Source of the DNA: a bacterium
GTDB lineage: Bacteria > Electryoneota > Electryoneia > Electryoneales > Electryoneaceae
DNA: 64,000 nucleotides
Reading direction: 5' to 3'
Assembly: GCA_020444265.1 (NCBI GenBank)
Contig: JAHLLH010000009.1
Location: 8,427-72,426 of the forward strand
This document shows, one piece after another, positions 46,087 through 55,392 of the stretch (position 1 is the first letter of the stretch; every line of letters begins with the position of its first letter). Below the pieces are notes generated by a model. The model searched no databases. It worked only from the letters and a program-made list of their open reading frames with translations, and was not told where the DNA came from. Position numbers and translations under genes: made by a program.

Positions 46087-48468
46087 CTACTGAACCAGCA
46101 CGGTTTTCCTCGTGATCTCCCCGACTGGGGTGTGCAAGCGGAGGAAATAGGTACCCGAAGGCCAGTCGTTGGCATCGAGGGTGGTCGTATGATCGCCCGC
46201 TTGCAGGGACTCATTCAACAGAGTAGTAACAAGCCGTCCCTGGAGATCAAATACCGACAACGTGACTTCCGTTGCTTCGGGTACGTTGAACTGGATGCGT
46301 GTATGGCCATTGAACGGATTCGGGTATGCGTCCAGCAGGAGGTGTGAGGAGGGTTGGGCTGGAGATGGGTCTTCGTTGACTCCCACAATGTTCTCGATAT
46401 CCGTATGGACCAGGCCCAGCGGAGTGGAAAGCCAGAGTTGCTCACGCCAGGGGTCGTACTGGACGTTGGTCACGGAGGTGTACTGTTCTTCAAAATAGGG
46501 CGGCATGTTCGCTCTGCCGAAATTGCTCCAGTTCTCCCCACCATCCTGGCTGATGTACATGTTGGTGGGTTGTTGGTTGTTCTGCACGAGTCGTACCAGG
46601 CGGGATGGTGTCCCGGGGATCAGTGCCAATCCTGCTGTAGAACCTGGAGCTGGCCCGAGATCGTTCCAGCCGTTTTCATCGAACCGATAGGTCACATCTC
46701 GTACGATCACATACAGGTCACCGTTCGCGGGATTGATCTCGATGAAGTCCCTGGCTTGGCTGAGATCGTCCGGATGCGGGAAGAAGAGGTTCCCCCAGTG
46801 GAGGCCATTTGTGGTTGAACGAAACACACCATCTCTGTTCACGGCATAGAGCACAGAATCGTTCTGGCAGGTCCTGCTGTACCAGGACCAACCCTCATAG
46901 CTGTTCCAGGTTCGACCAGTATCGACACTCACATCCACAGAAAAGTGATCGGAATCCACCCATCTTGAGATAACCAGACGAAGAAGTGAGGAATCCTGGT
47001 ACACGGACAAGTAAGGGTCGTGCAGGTTGGCGGCGGAGGCTGCTGGAAGTGGGGGGTGAAGCGGCTGTGGTTCGGGATGATCGGGAGTGCTGACCATAGA
47101 CTGGATTTCTCCAGTCGAATCCCCCCGTATCGAGGTCGCTTCAAAGGTGATCGTCCGATCCTCATCCTCGATCAGGAGTGGCAAGGCGAAGCGCACGGAA
47201 TCCGTGGTCGAAGGACGCACAGGGAGCGGCGCCCATTCCTCTTCACCAGAACTGTATGTCGAACCAACCGCGTCTGCCCAGCCTCGCGCAAGAATCCGTT
47301 CTTCCTCGACCGTGAACATTTGCAGACGACCCCTATCAAAACCGGTATCGAACGGTTCCCAGTTTTCGCCACCGTCCATCGTCTGCCAGGCACCATGGCT
47401 GTATGAGGATAACACCGCAACGCCTGTCGATTCATTGATGTCCACATTGCTGACATGGTTCATGCTGAGGGGAAGCCCATTCTCCACCCGTTCAAATGTC
47501 AGGCCATCGTCGAGCGACTGGTAGAGTCCCATACCGATCCAGGTGTCCGCTTCTTGCCAGAGATAGAGTCGGTCGGAGACAGGATCCTGGGCCATCTGGA
47601 ACCCAAAGGCCCGTCGCGGAAGTCCCTCTTCGACGATGGTCCAGTTGTAGCCGCCGTCCTCAGTTCTGAACAACCCATTGAAGCGCACCTGTTCATAGGG
47701 AAACAATCCATTGTACATTGTACGAGCGGATAACAGGATCGTACCGGATTGAAGGACAATCATGTCGGAAAAGAAGGCGTTTTCGAATCCGGTCAACGTG
47801 TCGCTTCGCATCATTTGAGACCAGATGTGCCCATCACTGTCCGAGATGAACGCTCCTGCATCATAGAAGCTCGAGAAACGGTCTGCAGCGGTGTAAAAGA
47901 GGTCCCCATTCGAAGGGTGCTGAACAAGATCGCCCACCACCCAGGGGGTTAAATCCAAGCTGTGTGTTTCCCATGTTTCACCGAAGTCCAAGGAATTCGC
48001 GACATTGGCTGCGGTCAGGTAGAGAAGATGATCCGGATCGGTCCAGTCCGAAAGCAGGAAATGATTGCCGGAACCGACCTCGGGAATGGGGTTGACCCAG
48101 GTCCAGCTCTCACCGGAGGTGGATGTGATCGCGTGATCATACGACCGGAGGTCGGTGAAGCTGGCCTGAACGATCAGCGAGTCCAGGTCAGGATCAATCG
48201 GGTCGAGTTTGTGGACGAGCTTTACATGGGGATTTGCATGTTCCGTAAGGGGTTCATTCGCGGGTAGCCACGTTTCGCCGCCATCCTCACTCTGCCACAA
48301 ACCACCCTGGTAGAGGGCGATGATCAGACGATCCCCATCCACATCGGTCAGGATAGAGCGGTATTCCGCAGAAGGGCCGGGAAGGGTTTCCCATGAGAAG
48401 CTGTGAACAGGAACGAGAAAGCATGCCAGGAGAAGCAATTTTAGAACGGGTTTCATCGTTGACCTCAT
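46087..48468 (-). CDS. BNR/Asp-box repeat beta-propeller protein with a T9SS C-terminal sorting domain, copy 2 (793 aa paralogue)
   Basis: The architecture matches 37889..40270 (SEDGGETW, SLDFGETW, TEDGGYNW, ...). The C-terminus (YPNPFNGHTRIQFN...RKTVLVQ) matches the Por sorting-domain pattern, and the length is identical. Confidence 0.8.
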   Translation of the reverse strand: MRSTMKPVLKLLLLACFLVPVHSFSWETLPGPSAEYRSILTDVDGDRLIIALYQGGLWQSEDGGETWLPANEPLTEHANPHVKLVHKLDPIDPDLDSLIVQASFTDLRSYDHAITSTSGESWTWVNPIPEVGSGNHFLLSDWTDPDHLLYLTAANVANSLDFGETWETHSLDLTPWVVGDLVQHPSNGDLFYTAADRFSSFYDAGAFISDSDGHIWSQMMRSDTLTGFENAFFSDMIVLQSGTILLSARTMYNGLFPYEQVRFNGLFRTEDGGYNWTIVEEGLPRRAFGFQMAQDPVSDRLYLWQEADTWIGMGLYQSLDDGLTFERVENGLPLSMNHVSNVDINESTGVAVLSSYSHGAWQTMDGGENWEPFDTGFDRGRLQMFTVEEERILARGWADAVGSTYSSGEEEWAPLPVRPSTTDSVRFALPLLIEDEDRTITFEATSIRGDSTGEIQSMVSTPDHPEPQPLHPPLPAASAANLHDPYLSVYQDSSLLRLVISRWVDSDHFSVDVSVDTGRTWNSYEGWSWYSRTCQNDSVLYAVNRDGVFRSTTNGLHWGNLFFPHPDDLSQARDFIEINPANGDLYVIVRDVTYRFDENGWNDLGPAPGSTAGLALIPGTPSRLVRLVQNNQQPTNMYISQDGGENWSNFGRANMPPYFEEQYTSVTNVQYDPWREQLWLSTPLGLVHTDIENIVGVNEDPSPAQPSSHLLLDAYPNPFNGHTRIQFNVPEATEVTLSVFDLQGRLVTTLLNESLQAGDHTTTLDANDWPSGTYFLRLHTPVGEITRKTVLVQ

Positions 48469-48671
48469 GACTTATAAAACCGTCGAGCCATGCAAACGAG
48501 TTGCAACAATCAGATTGTTCGTCTTCATAGGGGTAGGTTTAAAATACAACATGCCGGATTTGATTGGTAGGGTGCGAGGGTAGGAACCTCAATTCTTTCA
48601 TTTCGATACGGTATTGAAGCACCCGATTCGGCTGCTTACTTTGCCAGCCAGTTTGTTGATCCGTTACTCAA

Positions 48672-49883
48672 TTGGGGATCTTTTTGTCACACTACAATAC
48701 TCTATCCGGCACATTCTCGTGGCGGGATGATAAAATCGAATGGCCGGTGACATCGGATGTCGGGCCGGGACTCGAGGGAGTGATCGCGAGTGATACTGCT
48801 GTCTCATGGCTTGATCCGACCAGCGGCAGTCTCTCCTACCGTGATGTGCCCATTGAACGGCTTGCTGGGATACGCAGCTTTGAAGAAGTCGCCTACCTGC
48901 TGATTACCGGGGATCGTGACCGTGAAGAGGATGAACTTGCAGCCTTCCGGAGCCGACTCCGCTCCAGCCGCGCCCTGCCTAACGAAGTGGTCCAGCTGAT
49001 TCGTTCGCTTGACCCCTTGATTCATCCGACTCGTTTGCTTCGTGCCGGCGTCTCCGTACTTGGTTGCCATGAGTTGAGTGGCGATGAGGACATGAGCGGG
49101 GAACGTCACTGGCGGGAGTTGCGTGTTGTTGGCCAGGTAGCGGCGTTGGTCAGCGAGATCGCACGCCACCGTGCCGGAAGCGAGGAGCACCAGTACGATG
49201 AGCGGCGCAGCCTGGCCGAGTGCATGCTGGTTGCGTTGCTGGACCGTCCGCCTGAGCCGATCGAAGTGGAAACCCTCGACATGCTCTGGGTATTGTACGC
49301 TGATCATGGCCTCGATGCTCCGACCTTCACCTCGATGATTGTAGCCAGTACCCTCGCCGATCCCTACTACAACGTGGTCGCAGGGCTGTCCGCGTTGCGT
49401 GGCCCACGTTTGGGAGGTGCGGGGGAACAGGTGCTCGAGCAGATTCTTGATCTGGCCGATGAAGTTTATGCGGTGGATTGGGTGCATGAGATGGTAGAGA
49501 AGGGCGGCCGGATTGCCGGGTTCGGGCACCGGATCTACCACATGCCCGATCCTCGAGTCGTCATCCTTCGTAAGCAGATGGCAACCCTTGCACGAGCGCG
49601 TGGACGTGGTGAACTGTTTACCATCGCACGAGCGGTCGAAGAAACCGCCACTGCCCTGCTGGCGCACAAAGGCATCCATGTCAACATCAACTTCTATGCT
49701 GCGTTGCTGTTCCACCTCCTCGGTGCGGACGGCCCGCTGGTGCCAGTGATGTATGTGGTCGGGCGCATGGCCGGGTTGGTGGCACGTGTCCACGAAGCTC
49801 TCGAAAATCCAAAGCTCTATCGTCCCCTGAGCCAATACCTCGGCACTCCGGATCGCGAGATGGACCAGGGAGGTGTGGAATGA
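48672..49883 (+). CDS. Citrate synthase family protein, divergent paralogue (HGGAN motif replaced by RLGGAG)
   Basis: The citrate synthase signature GFGHRIYHMPDPRV is present. The position that aligns with the catalytic-His motif reads ALRGPRLGGAGE. The N-terminal start is uncertain. Confidence 0.65.
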   Translation: MGIFLSHYNTLSGTFSWRDDKIEWPVTSDVGPGLEGVIASDTAVSWLDPTSGSLSYRDVPIERLAGIRSFEEVAYLLITGDRDREEDELAAFRSRLRSSRALPNEVVQLIRSLDPLIHPTRLLRAGVSVLGCHELSGDEDMSGERHWRELRVVGQVAALVSEIARHRAGSEEHQYDERRSLAECMLVALLDRPPEPIEVETLDMLWVLYADHGLDAPTFTSMIVASTLADPYYNVVAGLSALRGPRLGGAGEQVLEQILDLADEVYAVDWVHEMVEKGGRIAGFGHRIYHMPDPRVVILRKQMATLARARGRGELFTIARAVEETATALLAHKGIHVNINFYAALLFHLLGADGPLVPVMYVVGRMAGLVARVHEALENPKLYRPLSQYLGTPDREMDQGGVE

Positions 49884-51001
49884 TCGGCGGCGTTTACAGG
49901 ACAGATGTCCAGACCTATGGACGAGGGCTCGAAGGATTGGTCGCCGGAACCACCTCGATTGGCTACATCGACGGGGAAGAGGGTCGGTTGGTTTATCGTG
50001 GCTATGCGGTGGAAGAGCTGGCGGCGAATGCATCATTCGAAGAGGTGACCTACCTGCTGTTGAACGGTGACCTACCGGACGATTACCAGCTCGATGAGTG
50101 GCACCACGAAATTGCCAGCTGGCGCAACCCGCCCGAAGAGGCATTTAAAGCCCTGGGTCGCATCCCCAATGATGCCCATCCGCTCGCCAAGTACAGGACG
50201 ATGCTGACCGTCGCAGCCTGTCACATCCCGGAAGCGGATGCGACAGACCTCGGTGCCCAGCAAAGGCGTCCAGCACGCATTCTGAGCTGGGCGGGTTCAC
50301 TTGCTTCGGCTGCGATTCGGCACTTGCACAATGAACCGCCGGTCCCGCCACGAATGGATCTCGGTTACGCAGCCCATTTCCTCTACCAGGCACTTGGACG
50401 AGTGCCTACTGAAGAAGAACGGAAGGCGTTCGAGGCGAGTCTGATCGTGCAGGCGGAGCACGGCCTCCACGCCGCAGCCTTTGCCGCGCTTGTGGTTATC
50501 TCGACTGGTGCAGACCTCGGTAGTGCCGTTTTGGCTGGGATGGGAGCGTTGTCGGGGGTCCGTCACGGTGGCGCTAACCAGCTCGCCTGGGAAGTACTGG
50601 AAGGTCTTGAAGACCCGGACCACGCTCGCAAATGGGCGAAGGAGAAGCTGGCGGAGGGGTACCGTTTCCCCGGTTTCGGCCACCGAGTCTACAAATGCCC
50701 CGATCCTCGGGTTCGTGTGATGGAACCCTATGCGGAAGCGCTACTCCGTTCGAAAGGTCTCGAGAATCGCTGGGAGACTTACCTGGCGTTGCGTGACGAA
50801 GTCGAGCAGGCGTTGGGTCCGCGTGGCATCTTCGCCAACGTCGACAGCATCACCGGACTGGTCTACCATCCGCTGGGTCTGCCGCCGAGCGCCTTCCCGA
50901 TCCCCTTCTGCCTCGCGATTCAAACCGGCTGGATGGCCCACTGCCTCGAGTACCTGCCCGAAGGCCGCATGATCGAGCCCGGTGCGGTGTATGTGGGGTA
51001 G
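49880..51001 (+). CDS. Citrate synthase family protein (canonical catalytic motifs), translationally coupled to the upstream paralogue
   Basis: VRHGGANQ, GFGHRVYKCPDPRV and Asp are all present. The length is 373 aa and there is an ATGA overlap with the upstream gene. Confidence 0.75.
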   Translation: MIGGVYRTDVQTYGRGLEGLVAGTTSIGYIDGEEGRLVYRGYAVEELAANASFEEVTYLLLNGDLPDDYQLDEWHHEIASWRNPPEEAFKALGRIPNDAHPLAKYRTMLTVAACHIPEADATDLGAQQRRPARILSWAGSLASAAIRHLHNEPPVPPRMDLGYAAHFLYQALGRVPTEEERKAFEASLIVQAEHGLHAAAFAALVVISTGADLGSAVLAGMGALSGVRHGGANQLAWEVLEGLEDPDHARKWAKEKLAEGYRFPGFGHRVYKCPDPRVRVMEPYAEALLRSKGLENRWETYLALRDEVEQALGPRGIFANVDSITGLVYHPLGLPPSAFPIPFCLAIQTGWMAHCLEYLPEGRMIEPGAVYVG

Positions 51002-51073
51002 TGCGAAGTAAAGGGTTGAAAGCGAGTGGTCGAGGGGATTGCTTCGCTTCGCTCGCAATGACTTGAGAGGTTT

Positions 51074-52243
51074 ATGCCTACACCCGCAGAAATCGCAAAG
51101 CTGAGTTTCAAACCCTCGATCTTTAACCGGATCAAGGAGGAGATGGACCGTCGCTCCGGAAGCGGTGATGCGCCGATTGCGCTGCATGTCGGGGATACGT
51201 GGTACGACCTACCGCCCGAGATCAACGAGCCCCTCGATCAGGAGCCGTGGAACAGCCGTTTGAGCCGGTATGGCGACACTCAAGGTGAGCCGGAACTGCG
51301 GAAACGGCTGGCAAAGAAAGTGCGTGAGCAGAATGGACTGGCGGTTGAGAGTGAACGTCAGATTCAGGTCACCTTCGGTGCAACGGGTGGCCTGTTTCTC
51401 GCGCTGCGCCGTTTATTAGATCCTGGCAGCGAGGTGCTCGTCCTCGCTCCCTACTGGACCATCTTTAAAATGGTCGCCGCCACGGCGGGCGTTCGTGTGG
51501 TTGAGGTCCCCTTCTTTGACAAGGTGGCAGAAGATTTGACGACCGATCTCGAAGCGTTGCTTGCTCCTCACCTGACCGACAAAACAGCCGCGATCTATTT
51601 CAACAACCCGAACAACCCCGGTGGGGTGCTGCTGGATAGAGGTCAGCTCGAGCAACTGGGCCGTTTTGCATCGAAACATGATCTTTGGGTACTCAGCGAC
51701 GAGGCCTATGAGGACTTTGTCTGGTCAGATCAGCTCTGTGTCAGCATCGGCAGTCTCGAGGGGATGGCCGAGAGGACCATTTCAGTTTTCAGTTTCTCGA
51801 AGTCCTACGCGATGGCGGGACTGCGTCTTGGCTTTGTCGCGGCGACCGAAGGAGCGATTGCCGCAATGAACCCGGGCCATGTGGGGGTTGGCTACGAACC
51901 CCCTCGTGCCGTGCAGGTTCAGGCGATTCGTGCCCTCGAGCGACGAGACCGGATCGTCCCGAGGCTGTACCGTGCCTATCTCGAGGGACGTGATGCTGCC
52001 TTGCGTCACATCGAGCTGCCCACCCTTCGAGCGGATGGCTCCTTCTTCCTCTTCATCGACCTTCGTGATCGCTGGGCGGGGCTTGATGACAAGGCCAAGC
52101 TGGATCGGATGCTGAGCGCCGGAGTTGTGCTGAGCCCTGGCGCGCCCTTCGGGCAGGAGTATGATGGTTGGGCGCGTTTCTGCTTCACAACTGAAAAGCC
52201 GGAGGTGATCGCTGAAGCTGCGAGACGGGTGAATCAATTGTAG
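51074..52243 (+). CDS. PLP-dependent aminotransferase, class I/II (aspartate/aromatic aminotransferase-like)
   Basis: The PLP-lysine motif SFSKSYAMAGLRLGF is present and the length is 389 aa. Confidence 0.8.
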   Translation: MPTPAEIAKLSFKPSIFNRIKEEMDRRSGSGDAPIALHVGDTWYDLPPEINEPLDQEPWNSRLSRYGDTQGEPELRKRLAKKVREQNGLAVESERQIQVTFGATGGLFLALRRLLDPGSEVLVLAPYWTIFKMVAATAGVRVVEVPFFDKVAEDLTTDLEALLAPHLTDKTAAIYFNNPNNPGGVLLDRGQLEQLGRFASKHDLWVLSDEAYEDFVWSDQLCVSIGSLEGMAERTISVFSFSKSYAMAGLRLGFVAATEGAIAAMNPGHVGVGYEPPRAVQVQAIRALERRDRIVPRLYRAYLEGRDAALRHIELPTLRADGSFFLFIDLRDRWAGLDDKAKLDRMLSAGVVLSPGAPFGQEYDGWARFCFTTEKPEVIAEAARRVNQL

Positions 52244-52496
52244 GCGAGTGCCCCGAGAGGTTCTCGAGAGGCCGTCTGATGGGCTGTTGAGGGGCGTTTC
52301 TGGGCCCCAATCTCTTTATTTTAAGACTTCCTAATCTTTTACAAACGTCCTGCTGACACGCGACGTATTGCCAGCGTTGGGATGTTATACTGGGATTGGA
52401 TATCCGGCCACCACCCGTCGAGGGTGGACGTGGGGCAGATGGGACAAACCCGCGCACTCTCACGGATTTTGGAGGGTCGCTTTGTCGAGCGAGAAG

Positions 52497-55325
52497 ATGC
52501 CACAACCAAGTAAAATTCCGCCATTTGGTCAGCTCAACGCGGAGTATGTCGAATCTGTCTACGAACAGTGGAAAGCGGATCCGGCATCTGTTGATGAGAG
52601 CTGGCAAAGCTTTTTCCAGGGCTTCGAATTTGGTCTCCCCTTCGCACCGTCGGAGGGGTCTGCTGCTCAAGGGGCAGAGATCAGTGCAAACGACGCCAGC
52701 GCGCAAAGTCGTGTCGCCAGTCTGATTTTTGCCTATCGCAACAGTGGACATGCCAGCGCGGATGTAAATCCGCTCAAGGACACTCCGCCCCTCCATCAGG
52801 ATCTCGAGCTGTCGCAATTTGGCTTTTCCGAACAGGATCTTGACCGTCTCTTCGACACCGGTCACCTGCCTGTTCCGGATCAGCTCAGTTTGCGTGAAAT
52901 CCTTGACGTTCTGCAGGAAACCTACTGTGGCCACATTGGAGTACAGTACCTGCATATCCAGGATGTCCCGATCCGTCGATGGCTGCAAGCTGAGATGGAA
53001 CCGAAGCGGAATAAGCCGGATTACGATCGAGATAAACGCCTTGAGATCCTCTCGCAACTGACCGATGCCGAAATGTTCGAATCGTTCATCCAGACACGGT
53101 ACCCCGGTCAGAAACGATTCAGCCTCGAGGGGGCTGAAACCTTGATCCCGGCAGTGCACGCGCTTGTCGAAGCGGCACCGGAAGTGGGGATCAAGGAGAT
53201 GGTGATTGGCATGGCCCACCGTGGCCGCTTGAACATCCTCGCTAACATCCTCGATAAATCCTACGCAGGTATTTTCTCGGAATTCGAAGGCAATTTGCTG
53301 CCGGATCATTTCGGTGGCGATGGTGATGTGAAGTACCACAAAGGATTCTCATCCGAGCACCGGAACCGTTATGGACGTTCCGTCCACCTCAGCTTGACCG
53401 CCAACCCGAGCCACCTCGAAGCGGTTAACCCGGTTGTGCTGGGTCGTGTCAGAGCCAAGCAACGTCAGCATGGTGATCTTGACGAACGCACCTCGATCCT
53501 TGGCTTGCTGATTCACGGTGATGCTGCATTTGCCGGGCAGGGGATGGTTTCCGAAACTCTTAACATGTCCCAGCTCAAGGGCTACCGCACTGGCGGGACG
53601 GTCCACATCATTGTTAACAATCAGATCGGCTTTACGACCGACCCGACCGATTCACGTTCCTCTGCCTACTGCACCGATGTCGCCAAGGCGATTGATGCAC
53701 CGATCTTCCATGTGAATGGGGATGATCCGGAAGCGGTGGTCTATGCGGTCGAGCTCGCGCTCAGATTCCGTCAGGAGTTCAAGCGGGATGTTGTGATTGA
53801 TATGCTCTGCTACCGTAAGCACGGCCACAACGAGGGCGATGAACCCGCCTTCACCCAGCCGCTGCTCTACGATAAAATTCGTAACCACCCCTCGACTCGA
53901 ACTGCATACACCAAGCGTCTGGTCGAAGAGGGTGTACTGGATGATGCAAAGGCGAAAGAAATTGCTGAGCACTTCCAGACCCAGCTCCAACGTCACTTTG
54001 AATATGCGCGTGCAAGCCATGCGGAACTCGAAGTGCAGGCGTTCGATGATCTCTGGCAAGGACTTGAAGCGCCTTATTCCAGTGAGCCGATCAAGACGGC
54101 AGCGGAGCAGGAAACCCTGCTGAAGGTCACACGCGCACTGACCAACGTCCCGGACGGGTTCAATCTGCACCGGAAGATCAAGCGTTACCTGCCGGAGAAA
54201 ATGGAAGCCATCGAGAAGGGTGGCATGGTGGACTGGTCGTTCGGAGAGGCGCTCGCCTTCGGCACCCTTCTGGCGGAAGGCAGCCCGGTTCGCCTCTCGG
54301 GCCAGGATAGCGAACGAGGTACCTTTTCCCAGCGCCACGCCGCTTGGATAGACATCAAGTCCGGGGAGAAGATGCTGCCGCTGAATAACATCAGCGAGGA
54401 GCAAGCGCATTTCTGTGTCTACAACAGCCCGTTAAATGAGGCGTCCGTCCTCGGATTCGAATATGGTTACTCCCTTGCCGAGCCCAGGATGCTGGTGATC
54501 TGGGAAGCGCAGTTTGGCGATTTTGTCAACGGGGCGCAGGTGATCATCGATCAGTTTATCACCTCGAGCCAGTCAAAATGGCAACGGACCAGCGGGTTGG
54601 TCATGCTTCTGCCGCACGGCTGGGAAGGGCAGGGGCCGGAGCATTCGAACGCTTACCTTGAACGATACCTGGCAGCCTGTGCACAGGATAACATCCAGGT
54701 GTGCAACCTTACGACGCCTGCGCAGTACTATCATGTGTTGCGTCGTCAGATTAAACGACCCTTCCGCCGCCCCTTGATCATCATGGCGCCCAAGAGCATG
54801 CTGCGCCATAAACGTGCGGTGTCACCTGTCAAGGAATTGATGGAAGGTAGCTTTCAGGAGATCATTGACGACGACGAGATGAAGGTCAAAGATGTCCGTC
54901 GTGTCGTGCTTTGCAGCGGCAAAGTCTACTGGGACCTGCTCGAGAAACGTGAAGAGGAAGAGGTCAAAGATGTCGCGCTGCTCAGGGTAGAGCAGTTCTA
55001 CCCGCTGCGAAACGACTTGCTGACCAAGTACATCGGCCGCTACAAGAACGCAGAAGAAATCCTCTGGGTACAAGAAGAACCGAAGAATCGCGGCGGTTGG
55101 ACCCACATGCGTCCGGTGCTGCAGCACCTCTTCCCGGAGCACAACCTGCGTTATGTGGGACGTGGCTATGCCGCCAGCCCGGCGACTGGATCGCTGAAAC
55201 GTCACCAGCAGGAACAGGCGACGCTTGTCAGCGAAGCAGTTGTGGGTGAACGGTCGACGACCGATACACCGGTTCTGCCGGAGTCGATCGAGAAGGATGA
55301 AGAGTGCGAACCCTCTGCTGCGTAG
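52497..55325 (+). CDS. sucA: 2-oxoglutarate dehydrogenase E1 component
   Basis: The ~940-aa product has the N-terminal LNAEYVESVYEQWKADPASVDESWQSFF, ThDP-binding and transketolase-like domains. The start was moved to MPQPSKIP, whereas the ORF track extends further upstream. Confidence 0.93.
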   Translation: MPQPSKIPPFGQLNAEYVESVYEQWKADPASVDESWQSFFQGFEFGLPFAPSEGSAAQGAEISANDASAQSRVASLIFAYRNSGHASADVNPLKDTPPLHQDLELSQFGFSEQDLDRLFDTGHLPVPDQLSLREILDVLQETYCGHIGVQYLHIQDVPIRRWLQAEMEPKRNKPDYDRDKRLEILSQLTDAEMFESFIQTRYPGQKRFSLEGAETLIPAVHALVEAAPEVGIKEMVIGMAHRGRLNILANILDKSYAGIFSEFEGNLLPDHFGGDGDVKYHKGFSSEHRNRYGRSVHLSLTANPSHLEAVNPVVLGRVRAKQRQHGDLDERTSILGLLIHGDAAFAGQGMVSETLNMSQLKGYRTGGTVHIIVNNQIGFTTDPTDSRSSAYCTDVAKAIDAPIFHVNGDDPEAVVYAVELALRFRQEFKRDVVIDMLCYRKHGHNEGDEPAFTQPLLYDKIRNHPSTRTAYTKRLVEEGVLDDAKAKEIAEHFQTQLQRHFEYARASHAELEVQAFDDLWQGLEAPYSSEPIKTAAEQETLLKVTRALTNVPDGFNLHRKIKRYLPEKMEAIEKGGMVDWSFGEALAFGTLLAEGSPVRLSGQDSERGTFSQRHAAWIDIKSGEKMLPLNNISEEQAHFCVYNSPLNEASVLGFEYGYSLAEPRMLVIWEAQFGDFVNGAQVIIDQFITSSQSKWQRTSGLVMLLPHGWEGQGPEHSNAYLERYLAACAQDNIQVCNLTTPAQYYHVLRRQIKRPFRRPLIIMAPKSMLRHKRAVSPVKELMEGSFQEIIDDDEMKVKDVRRVVLCSGKVYWDLLEKREEEEVKDVALLRVEQFYPLRNDLLTKYIGRYKNAEEILWVQEEPKNRGGWTHMRPVLQHLFPEHNLRYVGRGYAASPATGSLKRHQQEQATLVSEAVVGERSTTDTPVLPESIEKDEECEPSAA

Positions 55326-55392
55326 CGCAGGGTTACAACGATAACGTTTCCTGTTCATACGGGAACCACTTGGCCGGGGGGCCGAAGGAACC

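Noticed and set aside
52185-53339. 384-aa minus-strand ORF
   Set aside because: It lies almost entirely antisense to the confidently identified sucA (52497..55325) and has no recognisable motifs. It is a typical long antisense ORF of a GC-rich gene.
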